Source of the DNA: an uncultured Methylomirabilota bacterium
Lineage (GTDB): Bacteria; Methylomirabilota; Methylomirabilia; Methylomirabilales; 2-02-FULL-66-22
DNA: 64,000 bases
Direction of reading: 5' to 3'
Assembly: GCA_963705305.1 (NCBI GenBank)
Contig: OY970067.1
Span: 2,784,001 to 2,848,000, forward strand
Part shown: positions 1-10,194 of the stretch, piece after piece
Layout of the letters: every line of letters begins with the position of its first letter
Position numbering within the stretch: the stretch's first letter is position 1
The notes under the pieces: model-generated
The model's database searches: none
Seen by the model: only the letters and a program-made list of their open reading frames with translations
Told to the model about the DNA's origin: nothing
Program-made: the position numbers and the translations under genes

Positions 1-119
1 AAGAACCGTTCCCTGTCCAGATGTTTCAAAAGGAGAAGGAAGCTCACCTGCCCACCGCCCACCAGGTCGGCGTATCCGGAAAGATAGAGCACTCTGCGCT
101 TTTCCGCGCTAGCCCCCAT
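1..119 (-). CDS. Glycosyltransferase family 4, N-terminal part (runs off window)
   Basis: Manual translation from ATG at 119 gives MGASAEKRRVLYLSGYADLVGGGQVSFLLLLKHLDRERF, a typical GT-B N-terminus (GG motif, 'LDRERF'); overlaps the stop of the upstream GT. Confidence 0.75.
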   Translation of the reverse strand, partial: MGASAEKRRVLYLSGYADLVGGGQVSFLLLLKHLDRERF

Positions 120-1200
120 AGAGCCGCTCTATCTCGGAGATCATCCCCTGGAGCGTAAACTTCTCGAGGAACCGCTTCCGTCCCGCCTCGCCCATGGAGC
201 GGGCGGAGGGCGGGTCGCCGAGCATTTTGGTGATGCAGTCGGCGGCTCCGGGGACATCTCCCGGCCCGCACAGAAGTCCGTTCACGCCATCGCCAACCAA
301 TTCCGGGACCCCCCCGACGCGGGAGCCGATGACCGGCTTGGAGGCCGCCATCGCCTCGAGGATGGCGCGCGACAGGCCTTCCCTTTCCAGCGACAGAAGG
401 GCCATGGCATCTTGGGCTGCCAGCGCCGGGCGCACATCGGCCAGCCGGCCGGTGAATATGGCCGGAGTCCCTGTTTCCCGCGCGCGCGCCTCCAGCTCGC
501 CACGTAGCGATCCGTCCCCTACCACGAGCAGGACCAGATTTTCCAGGCTTGTGCGAGCGATACGCACGGCCTCGAGCAGGACCGCGTGCCCCTTGTGGGG
601 TTCCAGCGAGGCCACACATCCCAGAACCAGAGCGTCTTCCCGGAGGCCCAGATGCCTGCGGGCGAACGCCCGGTCAGGCAAAGAGGGGTCCGGGATGCCG
701 TTGTAGATTACCTGGGTCCTGCGGCGAGGAATCCGCTCCTCCCGTACAACGAACTCCCGCACCGCTTCCGACACGCAGATGACCTTTGCGCTGAAGGCCG
801 AGAGCATCCGCTCAATACGGCGCTGGCGTGGCCGGAGCCAGATACCTAGCGTGTGGATGTGGGCAAACACCTGGGGGGAGCGCGCCAGAACCGCCGCTGC
901 CCTCCCGGCGGTGCAGGCCGTGTAGCCGTGGCAATGCACGGTGCGAACGCTTGCCCGACGCAGCCTGCCGGCCAGCCTGAGCAGGAAGCCCGGCGACGGC
1001 CGCTCCGCCATGTCGAAGACGTGGACTGGAACCCCGCAGGCGGCGATCTCCTGCGCGACGTCTCCCCCGCGGGCGAGGCACCAGACCTCCGGGTCGAACC
1101 GCGTTCGGTCCAGGTTAGCCACGATGTCCCGCACCACCTTCTCCAGGCCCCCCGTGCGCAGGTCCTCTACCACATGGATTACCTTGCCCGGGCGCGTCAT
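109..1200 (-). CDS. Glycosyltransferase family 4 (GT-B)
   Basis: GGLEK N-terminal motif, HKG, EGLSRAILEAMA and VGGVPE motifs. Confidence 0.92.
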   Translation of the reverse strand: MTRPGKVIHVVEDLRTGGLEKVVRDIVANLDRTRFDPEVWCLARGGDVAQEIAACGVPVHVFDMAERPSPGFLLRLAGRLRRASVRTVHCHGYTACTAGRAAAVLARSPQVFAHIHTLGIWLRPRQRRIERMLSAFSAKVICVSEAVREFVVREERIPRRRTQVIYNGIPDPSLPDRAFARRHLGLREDALVLGCVASLEPHKGHAVLLEAVRIARTSLENLVLLVVGDGSLRGELEARARETGTPAIFTGRLADVRPALAAQDAMALLSLEREGLSRAILEAMAASKPVIGSRVGGVPELVGDGVNGLLCGPGDVPGAADCITKMLGDPPSARSMGEAGRKRFLEKFTLQGMISEIERLYGG

Positions 1201-2222
1201 TGGGCACCGGTGACCGTCGCCAGGAGTTTCGCCACGCGATGGCGGTAGGTGTGGCCCGCCCGCACCTTCTCCCGTCCGCGGTCAGCGATCTCTCTGCGCG
1301 CCTCGTCGCGAGCGAGGTAATACCGGACCTTCTGCCCAAGGTCGCTTAAGTCCTTTCGGAAGATCGCCAGGTCCCGCCCGTCCTGGAAGAGTGCCCGGAC
1401 ATCCGGTTGGTCGTCGCAGAGCAGAAAACCGCCGCAGGCCATGGTCTCATAGACGCGCGGCGATGCCTGTCTGCACACCGAGCGCTGGCCGCCATCGTGC
1501 GCGCAGAGAGTGATCTTGGCCGCGCTGTATACGCGCGTCCATTCCTCCACACGGGTGTCATCGCCGCGGATCTTCGGGCGAATTGGGCTTGAGGAAGGGA
1601 TGTCGCGCGCGCCGGGACCCCAGACCGCCAGGTCGAAGTCCGCCAGGGCCTCGAGCATGGCGATCCGGTTGGGGTACATCTCTCGGTGCAGGCTTCCCAC
1701 GAAGGCGATCTCGCAGCCGTAGCGCCCTCGCTCGGCGGGTGTAAGATCGACCGGCCGGTGCAGCTCTGGATCGCACGCGAACGGGAGCCAATACGGCCCG
1801 TTTCGCAGCGCGGAGCCCCGCAGCGCCTCGATCATCTCGGTGCCACCACAGAAGACAAAGTCGAAATGCTGAGCGAGAGACACCCGCGGATCGCGAGGCT
1901 GCACGCTATCGATCGTCCAGAGCGCCGTCCGCACGCCCGCAGCCCGGGCAGCCTCCACCGTTTCGGCAAGGATTCGCTCCCCCCCCGCGCAGAGGAACAT
2001 GTCCGGGCGCTCTCGCCGGACGACACCCACTAGCCTTCGGTTCAGACGCTTCAAATCGAGGTCACCAAGTGAAGGAATCGCCTCCCGCAGTCTCCCAGGC
2101 AAGAGGAACGCCCTGTCATCGAAGCTCAAAAGGGTATGCCTGAGAGAGCGCACCGCCCGCTCGACGTATTCGGTGATCGTCGGGAAGCGCGGGTTCCTTG
2201 CCGTGACAAAAAGAATCTTCAT
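1197..2222 (-). CDS. CgeB-like glycosyltransferase (Glyco_trans_1_2 type)
   Basis: LPFACDP, IAFVGS, R-V-YE-MACGGFLL and HTYRHR motifs; ATGA overlap with the next gene. Confidence 0.85.
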   Translation of the reverse strand: MKILFVTARNPRFPTITEYVERAVRSLRHTLLSFDDRAFLLPGRLREAIPSLGDLDLKRLNRRLVGVVRRERPDMFLCAGGERILAETVEAARAAGVRTALWTIDSVQPRDPRVSLAQHFDFVFCGGTEMIEALRGSALRNGPYWLPFACDPELHRPVDLTPAERGRYGCEIAFVGSLHREMYPNRIAMLEALADFDLAVWGPGARDIPSSSPIRPKIRGDDTRVEEWTRVYSAAKITLCAHDGGQRSVCRQASPRVYETMACGGFLLCDDQPDVRALFQDGRDLAIFRKDLSDLGQKVRYYLARDEARREIADRGREKVRAGHTYRHRVAKLLATVTGAQ

Positions 2223-2232
2223 CCCAGCGGCC

Positions 2233-3159
2233 TCAGATGGCCCTCCGACGATTCCTACGCACCAGGGCGATGCCGTTCCAGATCAGGGATTTCGCGAGGA
2301 GATAGTGCGAGTTTATGCACGACCAATCGGCCCGGATCGCCTTGGCGAACTCCGGCGCAGCCCTCTCCGGCTGGTTCTGCTCGAGGAAAAAGATTCCTCG
2401 CATGGCGTAGTTGTGTGCTTTGAAGAACGGCAGCTCATCCCTCAGAATTTCATGCTCTGCTGCCAGGGCGGTCAGCCGTTGAATCCAGGAGAGTCTTGCC
2501 TCGTGGAAGCGTGCACTTTTCGAGTAATTGGAGGGGTGAGAAGTCCAGCGGGCGAATATGCCCGGCACGTAATGGAGCCTGCTTCCCGCGGCCAGGATCC
2601 TGATAAAGAATTCGGCGTCATCGAAGCCGGTTATGCGGTCGTCCGAACTGAGGCCGCCCACACGGTCGAAGGTCTGCTTCCGGATCAGCAGCGTCTGGAT
2701 GGAGAAGAGTCCGGTACTGGTTGCCAGGCAATGGAGCATTTCTTTCCGGCCCGCCTCCCGGCTCCGGAAAATGTCGATCAAATTCCCATTTTCGTCACGA
2801 CGCTCATAATCCGAGTAGACACCGTCGACCTCCGGGTTCTCTCGGAGAGTAGCCGCCTGCGCAGCAAGGCGTCCCGGGAGCATCTCGTCGTCCTGGTCCA
2901 GGATGCATATCAGGTCCCCTCGAGCGACCCGGGCCCCGCTGTTGACCGCCGGGCCCTTCCCTCCATGCGGGACCGATAGCGCCAGTATTCTCGGGTCGGC
3001 GAATGCCGCTATGATGTCGTTTGGAGGAACTTCGGATCCATCATCCACGACAACCGCTTCAAGGGTGACTCCTGCCTGCCGCAACACGCTGCGCAGGGAG
3101 AGGGGGAGCCATTCGTGGCCCCTGTAGTATGGAATTATCACCGAAACCTCAGGATCCAT
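2233..3159 (-). CDS. Glycosyltransferase family 2 with C-terminal TPR-like helices
   Basis: VSVIIPYY, VVDDGS and LDQDD (DxD) motifs. Confidence 0.9.
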   Translation of the reverse strand: MDPEVSVIIPYYRGHEWLPLSLRSVLRQAGVTLEAVVVDDGSEVPPNDIIAAFADPRILALSVPHGGKGPAVNSGARVARGDLICILDQDDEMLPGRLAAQAATLRENPEVDGVYSDYERRDENGNLIDIFRSREAGRKEMLHCLATSTGLFSIQTLLIRKQTFDRVGGLSSDDRITGFDDAEFFIRILAAGSRLHYVPGIFARWTSHPSNYSKSARFHEARLSWIQRLTALAAEHEILRDELPFFKAHNYAMRGIFFLEQNQPERAAPEFAKAIRADWSCINSHYLLAKSLIWNGIALVRRNRRRAI

Positions 3160-3198
3160 AGTTGACCAGTCGGGCCGAGATCCGTCTACGGATGCTCG

Positions 3199-4716
3199 TT
3201 AGGCCCACTTCCAAAAAACGGCCACCCTTTCCCGGGTGTGGGCGTCCAAGACCAGCCTCCACACGAGCACCGCATACACAGATGCAATCGCGAGCAGTTC
3301 AGCGATGGCGACCGGAGTAACCAGGATCTTCCCGCTGGCTGCGATTGCGCCAAATGCCAGTGAGGAGACCATGAGGGGGAGGGCTATGACCCTCACGAGT
3401 GTCCAGTAGACGCTCAGCTTTTCTCCCAGTTCGAGGCAAGAGGCGATGTGCAGCAGGAGTGCATCGACAGAGACCCGGAGGGACCATGCCGCCGCCGCCC
3501 CAGTCATGCCAAAGCTCCTGATGCAAAAATAGGCCGAAGGGATGTACAGGACAAGTTCAACGCAATGGAAAACAAGGGGGATGTGAGGTTTTCCGACAGC
3601 CTGAAGGGCCGTGACGGCCGGGCGAGCCATGGCATTGAACATGCCACCGATTGCCAAAATTGCGAGGACAAGAGCCGACCGCTCTGCAAAATCCGCACCC
3701 ATCCAAGCTGTGAGAAACTGCTTGCCCAGGAAGAGAAAAAAGGACGCGAAGAACCCGTAGGAGGCGCAGACATACAGTGTGCCCCGGTAATGCAACTCCC
3801 GGTTGTACTCCTGGCCCTTTGCCGAGAAATAGCTGTAAGACGGGAAAAGCACGGCCCCAAAGGCAGACGGGATGAACGCCAACCTGTCTATCAAGGAGAA
3901 GGGAACGGCATAGTACGTCAGCTCAGCAACGGAGATCAAGCGAGCCATAAAGAGCTTCTCGACGTTCGTCAACATAGGGCCGATGAAACTCGACAGGGTC
4001 AAGATTCCGCCGAACCTGAGGAGCCGTGTCATGCCACGCCGGCTGAATCGAGGCCTTCTCATCGCCGGCAAGAAGTGCAGGCAGAACCGCAACTGGCAAG
4101 AAAAGAGTCCGGTTTGACAGAGCAGCATGGCCCACAGCATTTCGACAAGAGAGTATCCGGTCCAAAGCAGTCCGACGCTGAGGACGATCTGCAAAGTACC
4201 AGCCACCACGGACGTAAGATTCAATATCGCGAATCGTCCCACAGACCGAAGAATTCCCGTAGTCAGCCCTATCCACATGGTGACACAGAACAGAAGCGAG
4301 CTGATGCGAAAGGCCATCACCGCCGTCGGCAGGAGTCGTGCGGGAACGCGCAGCAGGGTGGACGCGATAAACCACGCGAATACGTAGACCAAGAGCACGG
4401 AGGCAAGGCCACCGGCCACAAGCCACACCAGGCCGCTCCAGAAAGAATTGACAATTTCTTCTTGGTTGCCTTCCGCCAGGTATTGGGAGACATATTTGGT
4501 GACGGCGGCACCGAGACCGAACTCGAGAAAGGCAAAATAGCTCAATACAAAACCAGCAAGGGCGTATAAACCGTAGAGGTCAGCCTGCAGCGTCCTTACG
4601 ATATATGGAGTGGCGAGGAACGTTATTACCAGGACCCATCCCTGGCCAAAGAAATTCCAGACCACCCCAGACACAATGACATGGGACCGCTCGGTGTACA
4701 CGCTACTCATAGGCAT
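3199..4716 (-). CDS. wzx: Wzx-type polysaccharide flippase (start uncertain)
   Basis: Many TM helices, TPYIVRTL..YG motif of MOP flippases, located in an EPS locus. Confidence 0.85.
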   Translation of the reverse strand: MPMSSVYTERSHVIVSGVVWNFFGQGWVLVITFLATPYIVRTLQADLYGLYALAGFVLSYFAFLEFGLGAAVTKYVSQYLAEGNQEEIVNSFWSGLVWLVAGGLASVLLVYVFAWFIASTLLRVPARLLPTAVMAFRISSLLFCVTMWIGLTTGILRSVGRFAILNLTSVVAGTLQIVLSVGLLWTGYSLVEMLWAMLLCQTGLFSCQLRFCLHFLPAMRRPRFSRRGMTRLLRFGGILTLSSFIGPMLTNVEKLFMARLISVAELTYYAVPFSLIDRLAFIPSAFGAVLFPSYSYFSAKGQEYNRELHYRGTLYVCASYGFFASFFLFLGKQFLTAWMGADFAERSALVLAILAIGGMFNAMARPAVTALQAVGKPHIPLVFHCVELVLYIPSAYFCIRSFGMTGAAAAWSLRVSVDALLLHIASCLELGEKLSVYWTLVRVIALPLMVSSLAFGAIAASGKILVTPVAIAELLAIASVYAVLVWRLVLDAHTRERVAVFWKWA

Positions 4717-5007
4717 CCGGGAGAAATTCCCGCCTGCCTCGGTCCTGCGGGAAATATTCGGGGAGCAAGACCGCATCGATAGTCAGAGGGTCTGGAGCTA
4801 AAAGAAATCCGGAGAAGTCCCACGAACAACTCCAATACGAGCCGGCGACGGAAATCCCCTGCCTACATCGGAGCAGGCCAAGCTGTCATCGGAGCATCAG
4901 GTATCATTTTTTCCCGTCGAGACGCTGGGCAGCACACTTGGGCGGTCCCCAGGAGCCGGAAAAGGGAGTTCGGAAAGACGTTGCGAATGAAAACAACTCT
5001 AGGGCAA

Positions 5008-6429
5008 TCAACGAAGCTCCTCATGACTGGCTGTGTCAGCATCGTTCCGCGGGTTCAAAGCCAACACTGCTACGACTCCAGTCAAAAACCAGAGGGGCTC
5101 CATGATTCGGACGATGATGAAGGTGTTGGCACCGACACCGTGGACAATCATGGCCACCAAGCCAGCCATGTAGCCGAGCGTGATACCCTCGAATCGCGTT
5201 CCCCGGCTGTTCCGCACGGCGTTCCATCCCACGCGGGAGACCCGCCAGAGGAGCCACAGAAACGCACCAATTCCCAGCAAGCCCCCCTCAACGAGAACGC
5301 GAATATATTGCGCATCGATAAAACCGAAGCCGGCGACACCATAGCCAAAGATGGGGCGCTTGGTCCATGCCTCAAAGCCGGTTTTCCAGCTATCAATGCG
5401 TGCGCTGGAGGACGTGTCCAGGCGAGCCCCCGCGATTTGAACGTCGCCACGATCAACTCTTGCATTGAACGTGTAATCGTATCGATCCACGACCTGTTTG
5501 GGAAAGACCAGGGGGCCGACGATGATGAGTATTCCGATCCCGACCATCAGAATCAGCCGCCGGCGACTGAGCAGGATCAGGGTGAAGAACATCGGGACGG
5601 CCGCCATCCAGGAGGTGCGGGACAGGGTGTAGAGCAGTGGAAGGGACACGACGCCGGCAAAGGCGAACCAGCCCAGCTGGGCCTGGAATGCCCGGGCGGT
5701 CAATGCCATCCCCAGGATCAGGGCCAGCATGAACACCAGGTATCCGCCAAACGTGTTGGGCTCGCCGTACTGCCCTTCGAAGGGGGCCGCCACGCGATCT
5801 CCCGAGGGGATCTGGGCGATGCCCATGATCGCGGCGATAGCGCACGTCACGAATGCCGTTGTCAGCAGTCTTCGGACCTGGCGTTCGTCTCGGACGTAGT
5901 TGACCGTCAGGAAATACACCACCAGGTACTCGACATATTTCAGGGTGAAGAAGAATCCGCGGATGGGGCTGACGGTGCCTGCAAACACCCCCAGGAGCGT
6001 GGGGATGACCAGGCTGATGATGTAGACGAAGATGGCCCGATTGAGGGGGGTCTTCCGGACGAGGCCGAGCTCTTTGAAGATGGCCGTGCGCGCGAACCAC
6101 GCCAGCGCGACCGCGACCAGAACGAGGTCCTCGATGCGGAGAACCAGGAGGTCGCCCTTGTTCTCCGGCTTTCCGATGGAGATCCCTGCCACCCCCCCGA
6201 CGACGATTTCGGGCGAGAGGAGCATGGACAGCAGGATGACGTGCAGGGCCAGCTCGGTGTTCAGGAACCCGGCCAGCACGAGCATGAAGAGCAGCGTGGC
6301 GCCCAGGCTGAGGCCCGGCGACGCGTGAGAGATGAGCAGCCCACCTCCCACCGTGAGCAGCAGGACGAAGGCGATCAGCGGCGCCGAGCCGACAACCGAC
6401 GGGTCTGCCCGCTGCGCCATCTTCGCCAT
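5008..6429 (-). CDS. O-antigen ligase/polymerase (Wzy_C family) membrane protein
   Basis: Polytopic; EPNTFGGYL, TLSRTSW and RPIFGYG motifs. Confidence 0.85.
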   Translation of the reverse strand: MAKMAQRADPSVVGSAPLIAFVLLLTVGGGLLISHASPGLSLGATLLFMLVLAGFLNTELALHVILLSMLLSPEIVVGGVAGISIGKPENKGDLLVLRIEDLVLVAVALAWFARTAIFKELGLVRKTPLNRAIFVYIISLVIPTLLGVFAGTVSPIRGFFFTLKYVEYLVVYFLTVNYVRDERQVRRLLTTAFVTCAIAAIMGIAQIPSGDRVAAPFEGQYGEPNTFGGYLVFMLALILGMALTARAFQAQLGWFAFAGVVSLPLLYTLSRTSWMAAVPMFFTLILLSRRRLILMVGIGILIIVGPLVFPKQVVDRYDYTFNARVDRGDVQIAGARLDTSSSARIDSWKTGFEAWTKRPIFGYGVAGFGFIDAQYIRVLVEGGLLGIGAFLWLLWRVSRVGWNAVRNSRGTRFEGITLGYMAGLVAMIVHGVGANTFIIVRIMEPLWFLTGVVAVLALNPRNDADTASHEELR

Positions 6430-6588
6430 CTCGTCACCCTCCGCCCGTCGTTGGCGGCCGTCGCATCAGGCCGAAGACCGCCGAGCCGCGAAGACAGGAA
6501 ACGGAGGTGGGATCGCAGGGCGGCAAGGGCGGGAGAAGGGGAGCCGTCCGGAGGGACAGACGAGAGCGCGGCGATGAGCTTGCCGAAA

Positions 6589-8820
6589 TCATGAAAACCA
6601 GCCCGTGATTTTGCCGAGCAGCGAGCGCCGGCCGCGTGGGGCCTCCCGGAACCCTTCGCGCCGTCCTGGCTCTTGGCCGTAGGCGTACCGGTAGTACTCC
6701 ATCTCCTCGTAGTCCGGGCTGAGGTCGGCCTTGAGGCCGGTCAGCACCACGCCCAGGACCCGGCCGCGGACGTTCTCGAGAAGGGTCTTGGCCCGCTTCA
6801 GCGCAGAACGGGCAATCTTGCCCACCCGGTAGACGATGAGGGTGCCGTCGAGCTTGGCGGAGAGAATGGCCGCATCTGTGACAGGGAGGATGGGCGGGCA
6901 ATCGAAGATGATGAAGTCGAACTCCTGCCGGAAGCTGGCGATCAGCTCCGTCATCCGCTGGGAGTTCAGGAACTCGGTCGGATTCGGCGGCGGCGTGCCG
7001 CTGGTCACCAGGAAGAGTTTGTCGATGTTGGGCGCAGCCATCACGTTCTCCACGCCGAGGGGCCCCAACATCAAGTCGGTGGCGGATCGGAGGCATTCCC
7101 GCCATTCCTTGGTCCCCAGGATGATCTCGGTCAGCCCGGGGTCGCGGGGGATGCCGAAGGCGTGATGCAGGAAGGGCTTCCGCAGGTCGGCCTCCACCAG
7201 CAGGGTCTTCTGGCCCATCTGCGCGATGGTGACGGCCAGGTTGATGGCCGTGGTGGTCTTGCCCTCCATCAGGGAGGCGCTGGTCAGGCACAGCGTCTTC
7301 ACGTTCTTTTCAAGGGACAGGAACTGGACATTGGTCCGCAGCGCGCGATAGGCCTCCGCGAGGGTGGTGCGTGGGCCCAGGAGGCAAATCAGGAACGGCC
7401 GCATCCGCGCCAGCGGGCTGTCCGCCGCCTCTCCCTCCTGGGGGGCGAGGAACGCGTCGGAAGCGGGGTCGATGTTCGGGATCAGGGCCAGGACGGGAAC
7501 CTCGAGGTAGCTTTCGACATCCTCGATGGTTCCGATGGATGTATCCAGGGACTCCAGCACGAAGGCCAGAACCAGGCCGACCGTCAGACCGATGAGCAGC
7601 CCCGCAACCCCCTTGCCGGTCGTATCCGACGGGTTGAGGGGGCCGCGAGAGGGGGTCGCCGGACGGACGATGCTGACCTCGTTGACCTGCTCCTTTTCCC
7701 GGATCTGGACTTCCTGCCGTTTGGTCCGGAGCTGGGTGAGTAGGTTCTCGCTCAGCGTGGCCTCGCGCTGCAGCTGGTCGTACTGCTGGGCCAGATCCGG
7801 GAGGGTCCGCTCCACCTGGCGAGCCTGCTGGAGCTGCTGTTCCAGGGCGGCGGCCCGCTCCTTAAACGCCTGGGTCTTGAGGCGCAGCTCGCGGATGAGG
7901 TTCTCGCGGGTGGCGGCGATGCGCTCGGTAAGATCTTTCACCTGGGGATGCTGGGGGGTGAGGGTGATGAGGAGATTGTCGCGCTCCAGGCTCAGGTCGA
8001 GAAGGGTCGTGTTCAGCTTCGAGATCGTCTGGTCGTTGGCATCCGTGAAGATGCGCGGGGGGATGGACCCGGCCGTGACCCGCGGGTCCTGCAGGGCCTG
8101 GATCTGGCTGGCGGTCTCCTGCTGAGTGCGGCGAACCTTCTCCAGCTCGCTGTTCAGCTCTTTCAGTTGGCTCACCGTGGCGCTGGTCTGGTCCGCCAGG
8201 GAAACGAATCCGTACCGCAGCTTCAGGCCCCGGATCTTGTCCTCGGTTTCACGGAGCCTTCCGCCGATCTCCGCCAGTTGCGCATCGATGAACTGGCGGG
8301 CCTCGGTGATCTGGCTGCCGCGGGTCACGCTGTTCTCCTGCTGGTACGCCTCGGCCACCGCGTTGGCGATCCGGGCCGCCTGCATCGGGTCGCCGGTTTT
8401 CACGGTGACGTCGATGAGGGTCGTGTTCTCCTCGGGGACGGCCTCGACCTGGAGGCGGAGATCGGAGATGAGCTGGAGGTCGTGCGGGCTGCGCTTGATG
8501 GCATCGGAGCCCAGATCGGGAGGAATCAGGTGGAGGGACTTGGCGGCCCGCTCCAGCACGGGGAAGCTGCGGACGACGGCGGCCTGGGTCTGGATGGTAT
8601 CGCTGGGGGTGTAGGACATTGCCTCAACCAGCAGGCCGGCGAACGTCATGGAGCGCTCGTACTTCACGACCGCCGTGGTCTGATACACCGGTTGAGGGCG
8701 CTGCGCCTCGGCGAAAGCAAGGGCCATGGCGCCGAAGGCCAGCGCCACCAGGGCCACGGTCCACTTCCGCTTGCGCAAAATGCGCCAGTAGTCCCGGATG
8801 TTGAGGTCGTATTCCCGCAT
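6589..8820 (-). CDS. wzc: Wzc-type polysaccharide co-polymerase / BY-kinase
   Basis: Two TMs around a coiled-coil; Walker A SLMEGKTT, A' VEADLRKP, B IIFDCPP; Tyr cluster YEEMEYYRYAY. Confidence 0.92.
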   Translation of the reverse strand: MREYDLNIRDYWRILRKRKWTVALVALAFGAMALAFAEAQRPQPVYQTTAVVKYERSMTFAGLLVEAMSYTPSDTIQTQAAVVRSFPVLERAAKSLHLIPPDLGSDAIKRSPHDLQLISDLRLQVEAVPEENTTLIDVTVKTGDPMQAARIANAVAEAYQQENSVTRGSQITEARQFIDAQLAEIGGRLRETEDKIRGLKLRYGFVSLADQTSATVSQLKELNSELEKVRRTQQETASQIQALQDPRVTAGSIPPRIFTDANDQTISKLNTTLLDLSLERDNLLITLTPQHPQVKDLTERIAATRENLIRELRLKTQAFKERAAALEQQLQQARQVERTLPDLAQQYDQLQREATLSENLLTQLRTKRQEVQIREKEQVNEVSIVRPATPSRGPLNPSDTTGKGVAGLLIGLTVGLVLAFVLESLDTSIGTIEDVESYLEVPVLALIPNIDPASDAFLAPQEGEAADSPLARMRPFLICLLGPRTTLAEAYRALRTNVQFLSLEKNVKTLCLTSASLMEGKTTTAINLAVTIAQMGQKTLLVEADLRKPFLHHAFGIPRDPGLTEIILGTKEWRECLRSATDLMLGPLGVENVMAAPNIDKLFLVTSGTPPPNPTEFLNSQRMTELIASFRQEFDFIIFDCPPILPVTDAAILSAKLDGTLIVYRVGKIARSALKRAKTLLENVRGRVLGVVLTGLKADLSPDYEEMEYYRYAYGQEPGRREGFREAPRGRRSLLGKITGWFS

Positions 8821-8841
8821 GGGCGACTTGCGACGCTGCCC

Positions 8842-9912
8842 CTACTGCTGGAGGGCCTTGATGGTTATGATCGGCGACAGCGGCATCGTCAAGAAATCCA
8901 GCGTCGGCCGCAGCTGGGCCAGGAACGCATTCCAGTTTGCGATCTTGGTCCCCGGGATATACACAATATCGTTCGGCTGCAGGTACTGATCGACCCGCCG
9001 ATCACCCTCCAGGACAAGCTTGGCCAGATTGATGCCGATGATCTCCGAGCGGGTGGTGTCCGGCCGGATGATGCGCGCCTCCTCATACAGCGCCCCATCC
9101 AGCCAGCCGCCCGCCTGCGCGATCAACTGGCTGAGTGTCATCTGGGGGAGCAGGGGAACCGGCCCGGGATTCTTGACCTGGCCGAGCAGGAACACGCGCC
9201 CCTCTTCGCCCTGTTTGCGTTCCGGGATGAAGACCGTGTCCCCGGCGTCGAGCACGACATCCTGGGAGAGATCCCCGTTCTCGAGGTAGCGGAACAGGTT
9301 CACCGTGTAGATATTCCTCCCGCGGGTGATCTTGACCTGCTCGATCTGCGCATTGGCGGCGAATCCCCCCGCCTTCGCGATGGCTTGCGGTAGAGTGGTG
9401 CGCCCTGTGAGCGAAAGCACGCTGCTACGCGAGACGCCCCCCAGGGCGCCCAAGACGGTGACCTTCTTGCTGTTGTACTCCTTGACCAAGACCTCGACGA
9501 CGGGGTGCCGGAAGTAGGTGGACAGAGCCTCCCGCAAGGCGGTGGCCGCCTGATCGGCGGTGAGTCCCCGGACATCAACCTCCACCATGAGGACCACGAT
9601 CCGTCCGTTGACCCGGACGGGCGCCTCGAATTTTTCCTGTGTCGCGCCCCTCGTGAGGAAAATTTCCAGCACGTCCCCAGGCCCGATCCGGTACTGCGGG
9701 ACTCCGTCAATCGTGACGAAGATTTGATTCTCGGTCGTCGTCGGGGGCAGATTTTCGGCGGGCGGTGGAGTCTCCCGAACGGTACTCTGTGAGAACGTCG
9801 GCGGATTCTGGACGTTCGGCACGGGAAGGGGTGGGGTGTTGCAGGCCGTGAGGAGTATGGCGACCAGGATCTCCAGGCCCCACATCACTCCGAGCGTCTT
9901 GGGTGGTTTCAC
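8842..9912 (-). CDS. wza: Wza-like polysaccharide export lipoprotein with SLBB domains (probable GTG start at 9912)
   Basis: Lipobox LTAC, YRIGPGDVL Poly_export motif, two SLBB repeats. Confidence 0.88.
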   Translation of the reverse strand: MKPPKTLGVMWGLEILVAILLTACNTPPLPVPNVQNPPTFSQSTVRETPPPAENLPPTTTENQIFVTIDGVPQYRIGPGDVLEIFLTRGATQEKFEAPVRVNGRIVVLMVEVDVRGLTADQAATALREALSTYFRHPVVEVLVKEYNSKKVTVLGALGGVSRSSVLSLTGRTTLPQAIAKAGGFAANAQIEQVKITRGRNIYTVNLFRYLENGDLSQDVVLDAGDTVFIPERKQGEEGRVFLLGQVKNPGPVPLLPQMTLSQLIAQAGGWLDGALYEEARIIRPDTTRSEIIGINLAKLVLEGDRRVDQYLQPNDIVYIPGTKIANWNAFLAQLRPTLDFLTMPLSPIITIKALQQ

Positions 9913-9981
9913 TGCACACTGCCCTCCCTGTTCGGATGCCCTCGGTGCAGCGGCCGCACGTGTTCGCTTCTCCAAGCAAAC

Positions 9982-10011
9982 ATACTAGTAAACAGGTTTC
10001 ATATTTGTCAA
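9982..10011 (-). promoter_or_regulatory. Putative sigma70 promoter for wza (TTGACA-N18-TAGTAT)
   Basis: Perfect -35 in an AT-rich intergenic patch upstream of wza. Confidence 0.5.
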
Positions 10012-10194
10012 GTGGTTACAGCAATCTCGATAAGAATTTACCTCATGGCTGTCACCAGAGGTTGCCGTCAAGCCTTGCCCGCTATGGGTTGCCAGGTTCC
10101 GCCTCGGACCGGCGACGCATGCGAGAATTCAAGGATGTGTCAGGAATCGACAAGTGCTTTCTGGACGGGAGACTGGGGCAGGGCCGGTGGCCGA

